A stretch of DNA of 63,241 nucleotides, filler included, from Pelomyxa schiedti (Eukaryota > Protista > Evosea), in NCBI GenBank assembly GCA_020536535.1. It is 4 parts of 4 records of this genome, joined end to end, with 100 filler letters (N's around TTAATTAATTAA, not from the genome) between each part and the next. Parts side by side here need not be neighbours in the genome. Positions count along the whole stretch, not along the records: positions 60,508 to 63,241 come from JAHLWZ010001910.1; 3 more parts are not named here. One strand, 5' to 3'. Shown one piece after another: positions 61,593-63,241 of this stretch. The first letter of the stretch is position 1. Every line of letters starts with the position of its first letter. The translations under genes and the position numbers were made by a program. A model generated the notes under the pieces. That model saw only the letters and a list, made by a program, of their open reading frames with translations, did not search any database and was not told where the DNA came from.

Positions 61593-63241
61593 TTGAGAGA
61601 TAAGAGACCGTTCAAGGGCGAAGTGGAACACTGGAATGGCTGTGGAACAACACACTCGCGCACGCACCAATCATCACCATCAGCCACCACCGCCCCAACG
61701 ACAACGACCACGACCACCGCCGCCGCGTCGGGTTCATCATCATCTCCTAACCCAGCCAACAACACTCCCACAGCTGCTTCGTCATCGTCATCATCATCAT
61801 CCTCGTCCTCTTGTACCACATCTACAGCAAGCGCTTCTTTGGGGTATCCTTCCCCGTCTGCTCCCCCCCGCTCGTCCTCGTCCTCATCGTCACAGAGACA
61901 ACTATCCACCAAAACCCGCTCCTCTTCCTCTTCCTCCTCATCCACAGTCACCTCTTCCACCCCAAGTGTAGTGACAAAGAGCGAGCTCAAGCCCGCCGTG
62001 AAGCAGCCCAATCCCCCAAAACCCAAAAGGGGGAAAGTATCTGGAAAGGTGGAGCCACACAAACCACTTGTTGTTGTAGGTCTCACTCCAACCATCAGCA
62101 TAATCACGCCTGGTGCTGCTGTTGCTGAAGGTGCACGAGTCGCAGAAACGGAAACAAATGTGCCAAACCTCACATCCTCTTCATCAACAAAGTCAGAGGA
62201 TCCAATTGGAACTCAAGAAATCCTCACCAACAATGCCTCTGAACATAAATCCGGGGTTCTGTCAGACACCACAATAGCAACCTCAGCCGATAATAGTGCA
62301 GAGACAAGAATGACTTCCGCTTCCACAGGAGTGACGACGCTTGTGGGACACGTCACCACCACCAAGGTTCCTTCTGGAAACTTCCAGTCCGTGCAGCCGC
62401 ACATCTAGGGAATTTACTTGAGAGAGCAGATGGTGAGCCTCCTCGTGGGAACTCTTCCCAGGTGCGGAATTGCTTCTGCCCTGCGATTTCTGACGCCGTC
62501 GTTACTATATTCCGTATTCATTTGGGCAAGGTCCACCGAGAAGAGGCTGGTGATACTGCTCCGCACCGGCACCGGTCAAGGAAATCCTGAAGAGCGAGCC
62601 CTGAAGCTCGGACTCTGGCAGGATGCGGGTATCATATCCTCGGAATTGGAAGTCCATCCCGTGCTGAAGAGCCCTGGTTGGTGACCTGGGCGGGGGAGGA
62701 TCACTACGTCGTTCACGAGAAGAATGGTCCACGCACCCCTTCCATTTTCAAGCTTCGCGACGTGCAAAGACCGGGAGACTCGAGGGTCTTGCTGGTGATC
62801 CCTACCCCTCCCCCTCGAGCATTGCTTCCCCCCACACCACCACAAATTGGAAGTTCCTCCTCCGCCTCTTCCTCCTCCCTCTTGAAGGTTCAACAAGAAA
62901 GGCCTGTTGGAGGGACACGTGATGTCCTTGGTCACCCTGAGCAAGAGGGAGCCACGGTCCTGTGGCTCTGATGATAACGACTACCTGGGTGACGACGCAG
63001 TCGTGGTTGCCAAATCGTAGATGGGTAGAGTCTATGTCATTAAGAGGAAGAATCCAGCAGAACCTCACCTCGTCCAAAGTGCTGGGTGTGCAGTCAGGAA
63101 CTTGTTCCCAATTGGAATATTCACATACGACGGAAGATATGAAATACGAGACGTGAACACGCCAGAGAACGTGCTGATGACCGTCGACATCACAGGGTTC
63201 AAGTCGGTGGAATGGGAGACAAACACTGGCCTCATGCTGGC
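61593..63241 (+). pseudogene. Family A (RCG-box) pseudogene with S/T-rich N-terminal extension
   Basis: ORFs 61593-62408 and 62418-62684 are in the same frame, separated by one TAG. Contains REQMVSLLVGTLPRCGIAS. Further frameshifts near 62680 and 62965. Confidence 0.65.

Noticed and set aside
62406-62408. Stop-codon readthrough or reassignment at an in-frame TAG
   Set aside because: The same gene has further frameshifts, and TAG terminates intact genes elsewhere in the window; pseudogenisation is simpler
1-63241. CRISPR array, rRNA or prokaryotic operon
   Set aside because: No regularly spaced repeat-spacer array or rRNA motifs were seen; the genes have spliceosomal introns and are eukaryotic

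Overview
Gene-dense, intron-rich eukaryotic DNA, most likely from an amoebozoan: it carries a clear ABP34 actin-bundling protein orthologue. An archamoeba such as Pelomyxa is an inference only. The window is a scaffold with six 100-nt gaps, three containing an artificial TTAATTAATTAA linker, so adjacency across gaps is uncertain. Conserved multi-exon genes are RNA polymerase I/III subunit AC40, BORCS6-like, a PIAS/SP-RING SUMO ligase, an ankyrin-SAM-TKL kinase, glycine cleavage P-protein, an atypical Rho GTPase, an F-box/ZZ protein, a La-related protein, a GNAT acetyltransferase, centrin, ABP34, TBC1D13-like, a ZnF-UBP/ADP-ribosylglycohydrolase fusion and one tRNA-Gln. These are interspersed with two lineage-expanded, nearly intronless gene families undergoing birth and death. 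Family A has an N-terminal R-x-Q-x2-(A/G/S)L...RCG-x2-S box. Family B has a VGEG-x-FPLV-x-R-x-CR box followed by ankyrin-like repeats. Mobile DNA includes a piggyBac transposase with a TTAA/CCC left end, a 1308-bp TG...CA element with a 5-bp target-site duplication (TSD) that splits a family A gene, and an 89-bp MITE with a 4-bp TSD inside a family B pseudogene. Splice signals are relaxed, with several GC donors and many AAG acceptors. Several candidate structured ncRNAs are noted. Multi-exon gene limits were read by eye and are approximate.
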